From NCBI GenBank assembly GCA_951406725.2, contig OX597833.1, forward strand, positions 35,526,001-35,590,000: a stretch of DNA of 64,000 nucleotides, written 5' to 3'. How positions within the stretch are numbered: position 1 is the first letter of the stretch; every line of letters starts with the position of its first letter. The translations under genes and the position numbers were made by a program. Source of the DNA: Octopus vulgaris (Eukaryota). A model generated the notes under the pieces. That model was not told where the DNA came from. It saw nothing but the letters and a program-made list of their open reading frames with translations, and did no database searches. This document shows positions 15,078 through 30,817 of the stretch, piece by piece.

Positions 15078-15141
15078 TTTGATACTTTGATAGGTTTCGG
15101 CCATTATTGGCCCAGGCCATGTCTAACTTAATAGCACCACA
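15078..15141 (-). repeat. Short LINE/SINE 3'-end module (stem-loop + tandem tail)
   Basis: Nearly identical reverse complement of 20469-20536 (ggtgctattaagttagacatggcctgggccaataatggccgaaacctatcaaagtatcaaag). A variant lies at 23400-23463. Confidence 0.7.
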
Positions 15142-15318
15142 TGCATGTATGTATTATAAAAAAATAAACTTGAACACAAGTACTTTTAAAAAAGTTTGTA
15201 GCCGCTACCTTGTGATTGCAACAAGTAAAAAATAAAAGAAGGATAAGGAATATGTAATCTTTATAAGCTGTAATATAAGACATGTGTGTGTTTTTTTGTA
15301 TGTGTATATATATCTATT

Positions 15319-15410
<92 letters not shown>

Positions 15411-16111
15411 TACATACATATAGTTATTTGTAGATATACGAAAGTGAGAGGGAGTGAGAGAAAGGGAGAGATATATAAATACCATTTATATTTTATATAA
15501 AACTATATATTAGATATGCATATATTTTCACTATATGTTTATTTTTACAAACAACATATATATATTATAATATTATATATATATATACATAGATATATTA
15601 TAATTTATACGTTTTGTATGACATGTTTATGTTTTATTACTCACTTTTATATATTTATTTGTCTACCATATTTGTAGCAGTTCTTAATGCCTATTTGTGC
15701 CCGTGTGTGTAATTTTACGTGTGTGACAAAAATTTTACAAAGTAATTAATAAGGAAAAGTTTCTTGCACAGCTTATACAGTCTCACGCCTCTGAATCTTC
15801 CTATGAAAAATAATAAAATATATCTATAAAGACTGATGTATAGAGTTATTTTCAGGTGTTTCTAGTCTAACAGGTCTTTACATACATACATACATACATA
15901 CATATGTATATATATATACATAAATATAAGCGAGTGTCCACTATGTGGTCGACTCTTGCGCTAAAAATAAATCCGCTATGGATTTGTGCATAAATTTTTA
16001 TTGTAACCCTGGTTTTTATGCGCTAAACCACTTGGGGTTAATTTGATGGTATTATTAAATTAATATCCAATTTTTTCACCGTTATGTTTGATTTATATAT
16101 ATATATACATA

Positions 16112-16168
<57 letters not shown>

Positions 16169-16571
16169 ACTTAGTTCGATTTGAAAACCCCACTAGATAT
16201 GGGCAAAAGCGCTAATACATGATATAAGTTATATGATGTATAAAAACATGTAATATACAAATAGCTGTAAATATAAAACCATCCGAATTTCTGAGTACCT
16301 CATTTCTTCTAATATAAAATACCTGTACATCATCTCCAAACCTTCCAATATATAAATATATATGCTGTGACTTCAAACTTTCCTCTAGTTAAGCGATCAT
16401 CAAACATTCCAATTCGATGGGTTAGCTTGCCGAAACTTTAAGGTCACTTTCAACGACTTTCTGGTTTCAGGATAGATTTGTATAAGACAAAAGTATAAAA
16501 TAACGCATGAGGTTAATGTGAAAATGTTTTTATAGTAACTGAACATAAAAACAAATATATATGTATGTATG

Positions 16572-16724
<153 letters not shown>

Positions 16725-16766
16725 CTATGTATATATATATATATATAAAATTATATATATATATAC

Positions 16767-16813
<47 letters not shown>

Positions 16814-16824
16814 TATATATATAT

Positions 16825-16855
<31 letters not shown>

Positions 16856-17008
16856 GACACGCGGAGAGGATGTGTGGTAAGAAGCTTGCTTGTAAACACA
16901 TGGTACCGAGCCCCACAACATGGAACCTTGGTCAAATATCTTCAGCTATAGCCTCGGGCCCCCAAAACCTTGTGAGGGGATTTGGCCGACGGAAACTGAA
17001 AGAAGCCA
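16856..17008 (+). mobile_element. CORE-type SINE 5' part
   Basis: tgtgtggtaagaagcttgc...ccttggtcaaatatcttcagctatagcctcgggc...ggaaactgaaagaagcc. Confidence 0.8.
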
Positions 17009-17034
17009 TGTGCGTGTATTATATATATATATAT

Positions 17035-17191
17035 AATACAAAATGGGACAAGAATGCAAAACATCCGGACAATTAAGTGATATACAAATGAGACAAAGCA
17101 TCCAGATAGACGATACAAAGAAACCAAGGACGGGTCATTCGAAGTTTTCTTTCCTCAGTCGTGTACCAGATTATCTTGGCAATTTTGGTTG

Positions 17192-17193
<2 letters not shown>
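17035..17193 (-). repeat. Copy of the 7578-7697 repeat (probable PLE pseudo-LTR derivative)
   Basis: aaaatgggacaagaatgcaaaaca...ggacgggtcattcgaag...cagtc is the reverse complement of the 7578-7697 block. Confidence 0.6.
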
Positions 17194-17247
<54 letters not shown>

Positions 17248-17379
17248 TATATACTCACACACACACAAATGATATATCATTACCATCATAGTATATGTCG
17301 GTGCAATTGACGAGTTTCCCAGAACAAGATTCATAATATACGCTACAAATTACAAGTCGTAATTTGTCGTAGCTATGCT

Positions 17380-17444
17380 ATTTACTTCCCAGCCACGTGG
17401 TTTGGGGTTCTGTTCCCTAGCATATTGGGCAAATGTCTTCCACT

Positions 17445-17448
<4 letters not shown>
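17380..17448 (+). mobile_element. CORE-type SINE head fragment
   Basis: cttcccagccacgtggtttggggttc...ttgggcaaatgtcttccact. Confidence 0.55.
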
Positions 17449-17506
<58 letters not shown>

Positions 17507-17541
17507 ATGTATATAGACATGTATACATACACCCGCGACAA

Positions 17542-17589
<48 letters not shown>

Positions 17590-17633
17590 GTATATATACA
17601 CATTTATATATGTATATACATATGTATACACAC

Positions 17634-17681
<48 letters not shown>

Positions 17682-17889
17682 GTATGTCGGTTATTGTTTA
17701 TCTGTTTATATATATATATATATATGTATGTATGTCGGTTATTGTTTATCTGTATATATATATATATATATATATACATATATAAATTAAAATACATATA
17801 TACATGCATAATATATTCATATATATATATACATATATATATATACATGTATATATATATATGTGTATACATGCAGTTATATGTATATG

Positions 17890-17927
<38 letters not shown>

Positions 17928-17937
17928 AATGTATATA

Positions 17938-18013
<76 letters not shown>

Positions 18014-18397
18014 TACATACGTTTATATATATTTACATATATGTATGAATGTATGTAGTTATATTTTTGTATACGTATCTCTTATATAATGCTTATTAAA
18101 ATATTATTTGTACTTCGTTCATTGTATTTTAATACACAAACACACTCAGTCATATTTCATATTGAAAAATGTTATATGTCAAATATATATATATGTACAA
18201 ATATGCATGAATGTATATTTTTATAATTATATTACTTATATTTCTTATAATTTATAATTATTTATGCTGTATAACGTTCATTTGAGCTTGTTACGCTTAA
18301 TATAGATTTATATATATTGTGATTCTAATCATTGTCTAGAATGTAAATTATGCTGATTATATGTACATATGTATAGGTGTGTATGTATGTATGTATG

Positions 18398-18433
<36 letters not shown>

Positions 18434-18473
18434 TATATATATATATATACACACATATATATATATATATACA

Positions 18474-18572
<99 letters not shown>

Positions 18573-18594
18573 GTATGCATATAAATATATATAT

Positions 18595-18690
18595 AAAGTT
18601 AATCCAAACAAGAAAACACAAAAAAAACAACAAAAAAACACAACAACGCGAGGACGGAACAAATAAAGTATTATGTGACGCTATATATTT

Positions 18691-18732
<42 letters not shown>

Positions 18733-18945
18733 TCTTTCCAAGAAATCTAATGCCTGTGGCTTAGTTTTTCCTTGGGGTTGGCCGGTTCGGAGCGATAAGT
18801 CGAGATTAAACAGCCGAAATTGCTAAGGTGATCCGGTTCCCGACTGAAGATTAGAGGCTTCGAGTGACCCCTCTGTTTTTTTTGTGTCGTCTCTTTGTGT
18901 GTTTTTGCGTTCTTGTCCCACTTTGTAATTTATATTTTATATTTA
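18595..18945. repeat. Two blocks of the probable PLE-derived repeat in opposite orientations around a TA tract
   Basis: 18595-18681 (-) and 18730-18945 (+) are homologous to 7405-7490 and 7578-7697. Confidence 0.6.
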
Positions 18946-18951
18946 ATTTCT

Positions 18952-19017
<66 letters not shown>

Positions 19018-19180
19018 GCATACATATATATATATATATCAGATGGACAATGTAAGAGCACACCTGATGGCTTTGACACATTTTTTCCTAGCCCTAGGAA
19101 GCATCGACGCCTCCCGATAGCTTTGACAACGGTGGTGCACCCCCTACTGTCACGTTCGTGTTAGATTGACAGTATACAAC

Positions 19181-19303
<123 letters not shown>

Positions 19304-19646
19304 GATAGATAGATAAAGATACAGATTGCTGATCCACGTGGCATTACTGTGATTCCTTCTAAAGTAATCCAGAAGGAAATATTTCAACAGCTATAGAAAC
19401 AACCAGGACTTCGGCATGTCATTGGTGTGTTATGTGCCAACACACGAAACTCTTGCACGTTGAGTCACTTCTGCTATATATTATACACACACAAACATAC
19501 ACACAAAACAGACACACACATATATATATATATGTATGTATACATGTTTGTATGTATATATATATATGGCCACAGCTCATTAGCTGAAACTGGAAAAATC
19601 CCAAAAATCAAAATCATATAAATACATACATATATACATACATACA

Positions 19647-19725
<79 letters not shown>

Positions 19726-19807
19726 TAAAAATTGTAATATAATGCGCTTACATACTCAAACTATATACTAATCATTCATCATATATATATCTATGTGTAC
19801 GTGTGTG

Positions 19808-19886
<79 letters not shown>

Positions 19887-19908
19887 ATGTGTGTATATTT
19901 ATGTAAGT

Positions 19909-19948
<40 letters not shown>

Positions 19949-20425
19949 TTATGTATGCAAAGTGTTACATAAATGTGCATATGCAATTTTCAGCTTATTG
20001 GAATTATACATATAAATGTATATATCTGAAATTCATATAATATATAATTATATATGCTGTATGACATTCATTTATGCTTGATACTCTTAATATTATAATT
20101 ATATATCATTTACTTACTACAGTATAATTATGTTTGCTGTAACAATTATATGAAATATGTAAATATATGCATGCATATATTATATATGTTACGTACATTA
20201 TATATAGTATAGTGTTTTACAAAATATATCGATAAATAAAAAAACATATTAATATATAAGATATAAGTAATGTAGGACACATATATATATATATAGATAT
20301 ATATATAGATATATATATATATATATACAGACACACATATATACATGCACATATATATATATATATGCATATAACTATCTATCTATCTATCTATCTATCT
20401 TTCTATCTATCTATCTATCTATCTA

Positions 20426-20462
<37 letters not shown>

Positions 20463-20464
<2 letters not shown>

Positions 20465-20536
20465 CACCAGGTGGTGCTATTAAGTTAGACATGGCCTGGG
20501 CCAATAATGGCCGAAACCTATCAAAGTATCAAAGTA
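20463..20536 (+). repeat. LINE/SINE 3'-end module (stem-loop + (TATCAAAG)2 tail)
   Basis: Homologous to 15078-15141 and 23400-23463. Confidence 0.7.
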
Positions 20537-20543
20537 TATATAT

Positions 20544-20602
<59 letters not shown>

Positions 20603-20778
20603 GTTGATTCGTTTTTGAAGGCGTAGCTCCATCATGACCTCGCCCCTGAGGACTGAAACAAGTAAGAGACAAAACACACACATGCATATACATGTGAATA
20701 TATGTGCATGTATTTATATAAATTATATATATAATGTATATATCCACTAGTTATATATTGTGTATGACATGTATAAAG

Positions 20779-20835
<57 letters not shown>

Positions 20836-21379
20836 GATAAATCTCAGAGCGAGTTATAAACAGTAGCAGCAACACATCGTGACGTATATTTGCCATTTGA
20901 ATATGGCTAACCCCTATATATATATATGTGCATGTGTGTGTGTGTTACACCCTATTTTGATAGTGTTTGCTGTGTGTTCCACGTTGGGAGGCCTTTGATA
21001 TTAAACGTTGATATGTAAATGTATACCTCTAATTTTCTGATGCAAATAAGTTGTTTGTATTTATATAGAAACGGATCAGTCACTTGTTGATCCGGAGTTC
21101 CTTGAGTGGTGCTGAGATCTCTCAAAATCGATGAATGCTGAGAGATATACCTTATATTCAGGTGTTTTATAGCTATTAGTTAAACACACACACACACGCA
21201 CACACACAGACACACTCACACACATACACACACACATATATATATATATTTATATATTATATAAATATATTCATGTGTGTGTGTGTCTGTGTGTAAATTG
21301 TACAATTTTGTCGCGGCAAATCATTATATATCTCCTAATTATGGTGCAACGAGGATTTAGGAGAAATATGAAGTAACAC

Positions 21380-21656
21380 TAGGGCCGGTGCTATGACGTT
21401 GAGGCCCAATTAGGAAATAGTCAGTGGGGCCCTCTAATCTACATAAGCTGAAAACTGATGTTTTATGCTTCGTGTAGTACACCAATTCTAGTTAAAAACC
21501 GTTGAGGGCTTGAGGACGCACCATTAATCACAATAAACTATTAATAATTAATCACAATAATAAACAGCGTCCTCCACTCAAGCGTGTGCGTGGCTCGCGC
21601 TCTTGGCGAGGGTCCCAATTTGATCAATCTGTCTAATTGGCTAAAATCTCGCCCTG
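21380..21656. mobile_element. Old non-autonomous hAT-like MITE
   Basis: Termini tAGGGCCGG...CTCGCCCTG resemble the CAGGGCCGG/CCGGCCCTG hAT TIRs. Subterminal gggccc/gggtccc motifs are present. Flanks agtaacac / agtaaggt match at 5 of 8 positions as a candidate 8-bp TSD. Confidence 0.55.
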
Positions 21657-21975
21657 AGTAAGGTAACGCATACTCGTATGCATTTCGATTTCATGTATTT
21701 ACGTCTAAGTAAATCTCTTAATGACAAAATAGTATCTTAAGATCCCTTCGTTTGTTGTGATATTTATTGTATTACGCCATGATTATATTTCCGTATTGGA
21801 TAACCTTCGAGTTGCAGCGTGCTAACACCACTGAGCTTTCCTGCATCGATTATCCATTCGAGAACTGACTGGATCGTTTGATCTGTTGATTCGTGTCACG
21901 CGTGGCATGCTTCATATTGACATGATTTGATTATGCAACATATCGCAATCAAATCCTCCTCTCTACACACATCTG

Positions 21976-22077
<102 letters not shown>

Positions 22078-22386
22078 AATCTATCTATCTATCTATCTCT
22101 GTGTATGTATATACATATATACAGACCGATAGAATGAGTATCACACGTTACAAATAATAAAAAGTACTGGTGTTGATTAGTTCGATTAAAATTCCTCAAG
22201 ACGGTGCGCTAAATTGGCCTCATTCTTTGTAGACTTAAGGAGAAATAGTTAACCGGTGTCTCTGGAATCTTGATTTCACCTGTATTCAAGAGCAGGTAAT
22301 TCACACACGTATCATTGAACGATAAAGATTCATGTCTCCATTGATATTCAAACGTCCATGCATGAATGTATGTATGAATGTATATT

Positions 22387-22424
<38 letters not shown>

Positions 22425-22970
22425 CACACATTTTTATCCTGCGTCGTAATGTTTATGTGAACGCATGATGTGTGGATGTGTGCATATATATATTGGGGAA
22501 TATTTTGTTATTTTTTTCAAGTCTTCTTAATAATTTTTGCCACCGATTGGCTCCTAGTTTCTATAAATGAGTTTATTTTTCTATTGCAATAATGTATAGT
22601 TTTAGGAAGTTTAAAAGCGCTTGTTAATGGCATGCATAAATAAATATATATTACCTTGAGGTTTGTTTAGATATATACATTAATATACATAGAGAGATGG
22701 ATTTGTATAGATAAATATTTCTTATATGCGTATTATAGGTATATATATGAATGTACCACTCGCTCTCTGTCTCACACACTCTCTCTGTGTATATATATAT
22801 ATACACACATAGAATTATGTTTGTTCACAAATGTATTTGCATATATCCACATGTGCACACACATATAGATATACATGTACATAGATGCAAAGACATGCAT
22901 ATGCATATATACACAAATCTGTATATATACACTCATATATCTATGTGTATAATCACATACATATATACAC

Positions 22971-23028
<58 letters not shown>

Positions 23029-23241
23029 CCTGTTTATAAGTTTATCGATAAGTCTCTTAGGGCAGCAATCATGACAGATAAACATCTATGTTATGAAATC
23101 TTGTGGCTTTTGTGATGTAGCCTTCAGGTATATAACCTGATGCATCATCTCTTCCTGTCTTTGAATATCTAGTTATGAGTATACGTATATATATGTAACA
23201 AATCTATTTGTCCGTTAATATTCATATGTATCCACGTACAT

Positions 23242-23282
<41 letters not shown>

Positions 23283-23458
23283 ATCAAAATAAGCAACAAT
23301 AATAACTCCAGTAATATATAGATATAGATATAGATATGTATAAGTATATATGTGTGTGTATGTATAGATACAAATTATATGATTATATATATATATATAC
23401 TATTAAGTTAGACATGGCCTGGACCAATCTTTGGTCGAAACATATCTAAGTTTATCTA

Positions 23459-23511
<53 letters not shown>

Positions 23512-23928
23512 GTATGTATATATCTTTATTTATTGTATGCATTTATCCTAAGAAACAAACGAATAAACACAGGTACAAATTTCATGTTATTTCTCTTTGC
23601 CTTACGAAATGATAATATTTCCCATTGAGGAAAATATTTTTGGGGACTGGTATGATCTTCCCTGCGCGCTTTTAATGTTTTATATAATTTTGAATTAAAT
23701 ACCAACTAGCTTCTTCCCAATTTAGTGACGCCAATATCTTTAGCACTTTAGACAAACATACACCTCCACGAACATACACACTCTCACAAACACATATAAG
23801 TATATATATGTGTATATCTATGCATTTATGCATGTATATATATATATATGTATATATCTATATCTATATCTATATCTATGTATATTCATGTGTATATATA
23901 TGGATATATATATATATATATATATCAA

Positions 23929-24081
<153 letters not shown>

Positions 24082-24106
24082 CACGGCTAACGATTCTTTT
24101 ACATAT

Positions 24107-24146
<40 letters not shown>

Positions 24147-24301
24147 ATAAATATATATATATATTTGTTAGAATGTATGTATTATGTATGTATGTATGTA
24201 TGTATGTGCATCTACCATATAAATATGTGTTTATACCTGGGCCAGTTGAGCACTATGCTTTACGGAGACCTTTTCACTTCATGCTAGTCCTGTCTACTCA
24301 C

Positions 24302-24635
24302 CTGTAATAATGCTGAGTGCGCAGCATTATTTTACCTGTAGTGTTATTTTCTGAATTAAGTATGAGTTACTGTGTAATTGTTAAACCACTGTTTTTGCAA
24401 CTGGTAGCCTCCGCTTATTGATGTTCCTGTTCAATATTCGCGCTTTATAGAAGACCGCTCGCGTTCGGTGGTTTTGTAGCTACATCCAGTGCAACTTAAC
24501 GGAAACAGCCACAACAATGGCGATATCGTTGAATTCGGATGCTGGCTTAGTCGATATCATCTTTTCCTTAGTACTTGAATGTTGCTCTATTTTATCGACA
24601 TCGCAGGATGAAAAGTAAACTACATGTGTTGGGAT
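24302..24635 (-). other. Candidate 334-nt non-coding exon
   Basis: Minus-strand acceptor ttttcattatatttcctctttgaCAG and consensus donor CAG|GTGAGT. The sequence is unique and CpG-containing. All three frames have stops. Confidence 0.45.
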
Positions 24636-25307
24636 CTGTCAAAGAGGAAATATAATGAAAACCACAAACAAATAACAATGAGGTATTTACACCGAGTAAA
24701 TGCATTAGATCAAACTACTCGGCGATTATTCTTCTTAATCACCGACCGACATTGAAATACATAACAATTATCGCGAAACACGTATATGAAACAAACATCC
24801 ATCATCGCGCAAAAATAAAATAAAAACACATATTACGTTGCATATTCATACTTGATACAATGGCCGAAGCATTAAAATAAAGCCTGAAACAACAAAATAA
24901 ATTCCTCAACACGGTAACAAACGTACATGCACACATACAATTCCACATCCGCAAAATACTCTGTAGCACGTAATTCAGGAAGCTCAGAGAAGTAAAAATG
25001 GTGCATAAAACTATTGAGAACATGATGCTACTGCTGATGATGTTGTTGATGAGGACGATGAGGATGATGATGATGATTGTAGTGGTAGTGGTAGTGTTGG
25101 TGGAGATTTTCCACTTTGATGACGTTTGATATCTCAAACTGGTACAGGTATTTATGCAATCGACACCAAGGTATCAAGACAAACTCAACTAAGGTGGATT
25201 TAGAATTTATTCAGGGAAAGGGACATAACTATATATTTAGAGGCATTTTCGTCAGCAATCTGACGTGTCGGCTGCATTCGAGAGAAATATTAATAAAGGT
25301 ATTCAGT

Positions 25308-26112
25308 GAGCTGGCAGAATCATTAGATTTTCAGGCAAAATCTTTTGCGGTATTTCTTCAGAGTCTTTACAGAGTTCAGAGCCTAATGAGATAGCCTTTT
25401 CCTTAAGGGGTCGATAAAATAAAGTCCACGTTTAGTCCTGGAGTCAATATAGTCTACTGTCTCTCTGCCCTCAAAATTGTTGAACTAAAATCAGTAAGCT
25501 AATAATAATGGTTTCAAATTCTGGCACAAGGCCAGTAATTTCAGAGGAGTTGGGTAAGTCGATTACATCGACTCCAGAATCACCTGGTAGTCATTTTATC
25601 GATTCGAATTGGATGAAAGGTAAAGTCAACCTCGGCGGAATTTGAACTCAGGCGTAACGGCAGATGAAATGCCGCTAACCATTTTACCCGGCACGCTAAC
25701 GATTCTGCCAGCTCGAAGAATTTTGTCTCATTTAGTTACGAGGCCAGCAGTTCTTCAGAGAAGGGTTTAGACGATTACATTGGCCCCAAATCTCAAGTAG
25801 CACTTCATTTTATTGACCCCAAAAGTGCGGAATTTTAACTCTGGACATAAAGAGCCGGAAGAAATGACTTCAGAAATATCCTATATAATGATTCTGCCGC
25901 TTCACCACCCTATATATTCTACTTTTGACACAAGGCCATCAACACTTTTCACATGAGGGATAAGACGATTATATCAAACCGGTGCTCAAGCGGTACTTAT
26001 TTTATCGACCCCACACAGCTGAAGGTCAAAGTTTAATCATAAGTTAAAGAAAATAATGAATGCTAATAAGCTTTGTGCACAACGTGCTAACGATTCTGGA
26101 AGATCACCAGCT
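25308..26112. mobile_element. Cluster of four degenerate Meta-domain-like tRNA SINEs (one +, three -)
   Basis: Recurrent gagctggcagaatc head, ggggtcgataaaat core and ggcggaatttgaactc B box. Approximate copies: 25308-25480 (+), 25510-25715 (-), 25730-25910 (-), 25920-26112 (-). Confidence 0.75.
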
Positions 26113-26124
26113 TAATAATAATAA

Positions 26125-26155
<31 letters not shown>

Positions 26156-26464
26156 AAGAAGAAGAAGAAGAAGAAGAAGAAAATGATGATGATGATGAGA
26201 ATAATAATAAGAAAGAATAATTATAAAAAATAATTGAAAATGATTGTTTCATAATAAATGCCCTGACATAAAATACAAACTAATGTAACATACAAAACTA
26301 TTGTAAATCAGTGCATTTATATAACAGAAAATATCGTTTCACAGTTATACAAACATAATACAAGTTTAAGTCCTTTACTTCATGTGTGTGTGCGTGAGTG
26401 TGTGTGTGGGTGCATGCTAATATATATATATATGTATACATACATACATATATATATATGTGTG

Positions 26465-26503
<39 letters not shown>

Positions 26504-27016
26504 GTATATATATTATACACACACACACACATACACACATACACACAACTATAAATATAAGACTTTTATAAGGAAACATTTCAGAACGTTACCTTCATCG
26601 GCTTGTATAATACAGGCCAAACTGAGATTTCAAAATAACTGAGCTATTTCAAAAGAAAAATGAAATATAAATGGTATTTAAAGCTGAAAGATAATGATTA
26701 GAGCTCCATTATAATTTTTGACTGATATATTTAAATGACTATATATATGTAACAAACATTAGGAAATATATATACGTATATACGTATATATATATATATA
26801 TCTGCTTGCATATATATATGAACGTATACACATACCTCTGTGTTTCTAAGTGTATTCAATGAATATATGCATATATGCATGCACATGCATATGATGGCCA
26901 TTGTTTTGTCATGAGCTGCAAAGGGGAGGCGAATTTCTTGCCCTGACGATGTGTTGCTCATACCATATCCATTGAATCTTCACAACTAAATGAAAATATA
27001 AAAAAAAATATATATG

Positions 27017-27295
27017 AAGGTGCATGGTTCAGGGGTTAGGGCGTTGCACTCACGATTCCCAGACTTGGTATTACATTAGGTTCTTGAGCAAAGGACTTCA
27101 CTTCACGTTGCTCAGCTATCATTCCGTCATCTGACATGTGGCACCCGTTGCACCTGTACAGGTAATGTTGATTTGATGGATGGAATGAGCTCATGTGTAC
27201 ACAAACATTTGATCACCATAAACAAATCACCTGTGTGATCGTTCAGCAAAAAATTGCCGAGCCCTCATATGTCATCAAACGACAGGAAAGTCCAT
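27017..27295 (+). mobile_element. Second CORE-type tRNA SINE family
   Basis: Head gaaggtgcatggttcaggggttagggcgttgcactc, CORE-like ttcttgagcaaaggacttcacttcacgttgctc, body aacatttgatcaccataaac. Homologous to 39490-39778. Confidence 0.7.
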
Positions 27296-27304
27296 GATAT
27301 ATTA

Positions 27305-27354
<50 letters not shown>

Positions 27355-27382
27355 GTCCAAGACTATATATTTGTATGGATAC

Positions 27383-27423
<41 letters not shown>

Positions 27424-27472
27424 CATATCTACTGACACGTGTGTGCGTGTGTATAAATATATATGCGATCAT

Positions 27473-27516
<44 letters not shown>

Positions 27517-28426
27517 GGAGGGAGAATTGGGTGATGTAGCGAATATATATTTGATCACCATAAATTATTTACTTTACACCCTGTATTCTTAGGTTTCTGA
27601 CTGTATATATGGATTTATGGGTTCTCTAATTTAGTTCGAATCCTTCCTAGTTAATGGAATATTCATTTATATTATGTATTAATATACCGTTTCTCTTTAC
27701 AATTTTTGTTTGTTTGTTTTTTGTCTGTCTAGTTTTCCTACCTATTAGCTTGTTTGGAAAACTATGTGAACTTGAGTGTGCGCAAGCGTAGCGACTTTTG
27801 TACTAACATATAATAGCTGTTTTCTGCATTTCTTATCCTTACTACTCCTACTTGTACTCCGAATAACCTCTATACAGTGACATACTTACAAGCAAACACA
27901 TAGAAACGCACTGGCAAACATATGCACCCTGCAGCAGCAAACATACTTCAGCCTTATCTCTCTTCCAATACTCTGTTGATTCTGGAAACAGGTTTCCTAT
28001 CTCCCAAGGTGAGAACCTTGTAAGTTGTAAGTAAACTTTGAAATACAATACACAGCTCGTTCTGCTATGAGTAGTTTTGATATGCAGACACATTAACTAA
28101 ACGGCTATGGATAACTGAACTACATTTATATGTATGTAAATATATGTCCATGAGTGTGTAGATATATTAGATATATGGATATATATGTACACACACACAC
28201 ATACACACACGCACACACATATGAGTGTTTGTGTGTGTACATATATGAGTGTGTATATGTATATACATATATATGTATGCAAATATATATATGCATATAT
28301 AAACTATAATGTAATTTATAGTATATATCATAGAAATAAATATACATATACATCCGTATACATACATGTAAATATATGTATATACATAAATATATATATA
28401 TGTTATGTATACATAATATTATATAT

Positions 28427-28472
<46 letters not shown>

Positions 28473-28779
28473 ATATATATATATTATGTATAGATAGATA
28501 GATAGATGGATAGATAGATAAATAGATAGATAGATAATCTTTATTACTGGTCATATTGATTTGAAGACATGTTTACTAGCAAGACACTAAAAGATAAAGT
28601 TAGGAAAACTTATAAATCCGAAAGTTTACTAGTTTGTGTCACAGTTAATTAAATATCATATAAGTTAATGGTTGCTTATATAACGAAAACAGAATTTAGT
28701 AGATGAGTCCTGAAATATATATCGAAGCATATATTTGAGTAAGAAGACAATGTCAAAATTTAATAGTTGACACTATCTT

Positions 28780-29125
28780 ATTTGGCACAGTGCTAGCCAT
28801 TTTGACTGGAAGAGGTGTAGTTGATATATACGAGTCCAGTTTATACTGATGCCGTATTTTATCTATACCGGAGGGATAAAAGGTTAAGCTGACATTGGTG
28901 GAATTTGAACTCAAAGAGCTGTAACAAATACAGAAATGTATTTTTCCCTCATGCTAACTTTTCTGCCACCATCAAAATCAATAACAACAAAAACAATAGC
29001 TTCAAATTTTGACAGAAGGAAGCAATTTTGAAGGGAGGGGACCATTCCATTCTATCGACACTAATAATTAATTAAATGGTATTTTATTTTATCGATCTAG
29101 AATGGATAGAAAGTAAAATTGACCC
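28780..29125 (-). mobile_element. Two degenerate Meta-like SINE remnants
   Basis: ggtggaatttgaactc, ttttatcgatctagaatggatagaaagtaaaattgacc and tgctaacttttctgcc. Confidence 0.55.
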
Positions 29126-29131
29126 CTATAG

Positions 29132-29376
<245 letters not shown>

Positions 29377-29874
29377 AAGGATGATGGCACTCAAGTATGT
29401 GTGTGTATGTGTGTGAATAAGTGTATATGTGGGTATGAGTGTATATGTACCTGTCAATCTATGAGCGCTTCTATCTCTCTTTCTCTCTCTGTCACTCTCT
29501 CCCATTCTATATATGTATGTATGTTAATTATATGATAATATGCAAGACAATATATATGTACATATTGGGCTAAGCAAGCTAAATAAAAGTCTCCTCTCCA
29601 TTCACTTCGGATCTTTGATTCGTTGGCAAAGTTAGCAACCGCTTGCAAATATTCACTGTATATATATATATACTCATGCATTTGGATCTATGATTCCTTG
29701 ATTTGAATCTTTGATGATTTGCAGAAATTCACTATATATATATATATATATGGATCGATGCATCGATGGATGGATGCATGCATGCATACATTCACATATA
29801 CATGCATATATACACATATATGTATGTATATTTATGTATATGCATATATATATGTATATGTATATATATATAAG

Positions 29875-29913
<39 letters not shown>

Positions 29914-29916
29914 TCG

Positions 29917-29982
<66 letters not shown>

Positions 29983-30351
29983 ACACACACTCACATATTC
30001 ATATTTGGTGTTCAACTGGTGTGATTTCCGGCTTTTGTTTTCGTAGACATTTCCAATAACCTTTACTTGGCTTAAAAGTTCTTTGTTTAAAGTTGTATGA
30101 AGCAACTGGGAAAAACCGTTACTTGTAGGAAAACAAATCCAACAGCACGATTAATGTCAAGTGGCTTTCTTGAAACGATGGCTATATACAGGGACCTCTC
30201 AGGTTGTTGTTATTGGTACTAGAAAGACACTTAGAGAATCGTCAGATCATGTATTTGCCACTTTCATTCTTATGAATACCCAACGCAAGCCACTTAGAGA
30301 GTAGCTAAATTTCCTAACACCACATCCTACCTATATATATTTATGTATATG

Positions 30352-30447
<96 letters not shown>

Positions 30448-30455
30448 AACATATA

Positions 30456-30497
<42 letters not shown>

Positions 30498-30551
30498 TAT
30501 GTATTTATATACATATATAAATATATATATATATATATTTATATACATATA

Positions 30552-30587
<36 letters not shown>

Positions 30588-30685
30588 GGTCCCGGGTTGA
30601 GTCGGAGTTAACCACAGTAAATAAGGTACTCAATACATAGCAGAGTAAAAATATATATATATATATATATACATCTATATATATA

Positions 30686-30735
<50 letters not shown>

Positions 30736-30762
30736 CACACATCTATATATATATACATATAT

Positions 30763-30817
<55 letters not shown>

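Noticed and set aside
22490-22600. Mariner C-terminal scrap (NRWQK) on the minus strand
   Set aside because: A single short motif is insufficient to call.
27840-28030. Possible exon (AAG|GTGAGA donor)
   Set aside because: No clear matching acceptor and no recognisable peptide.
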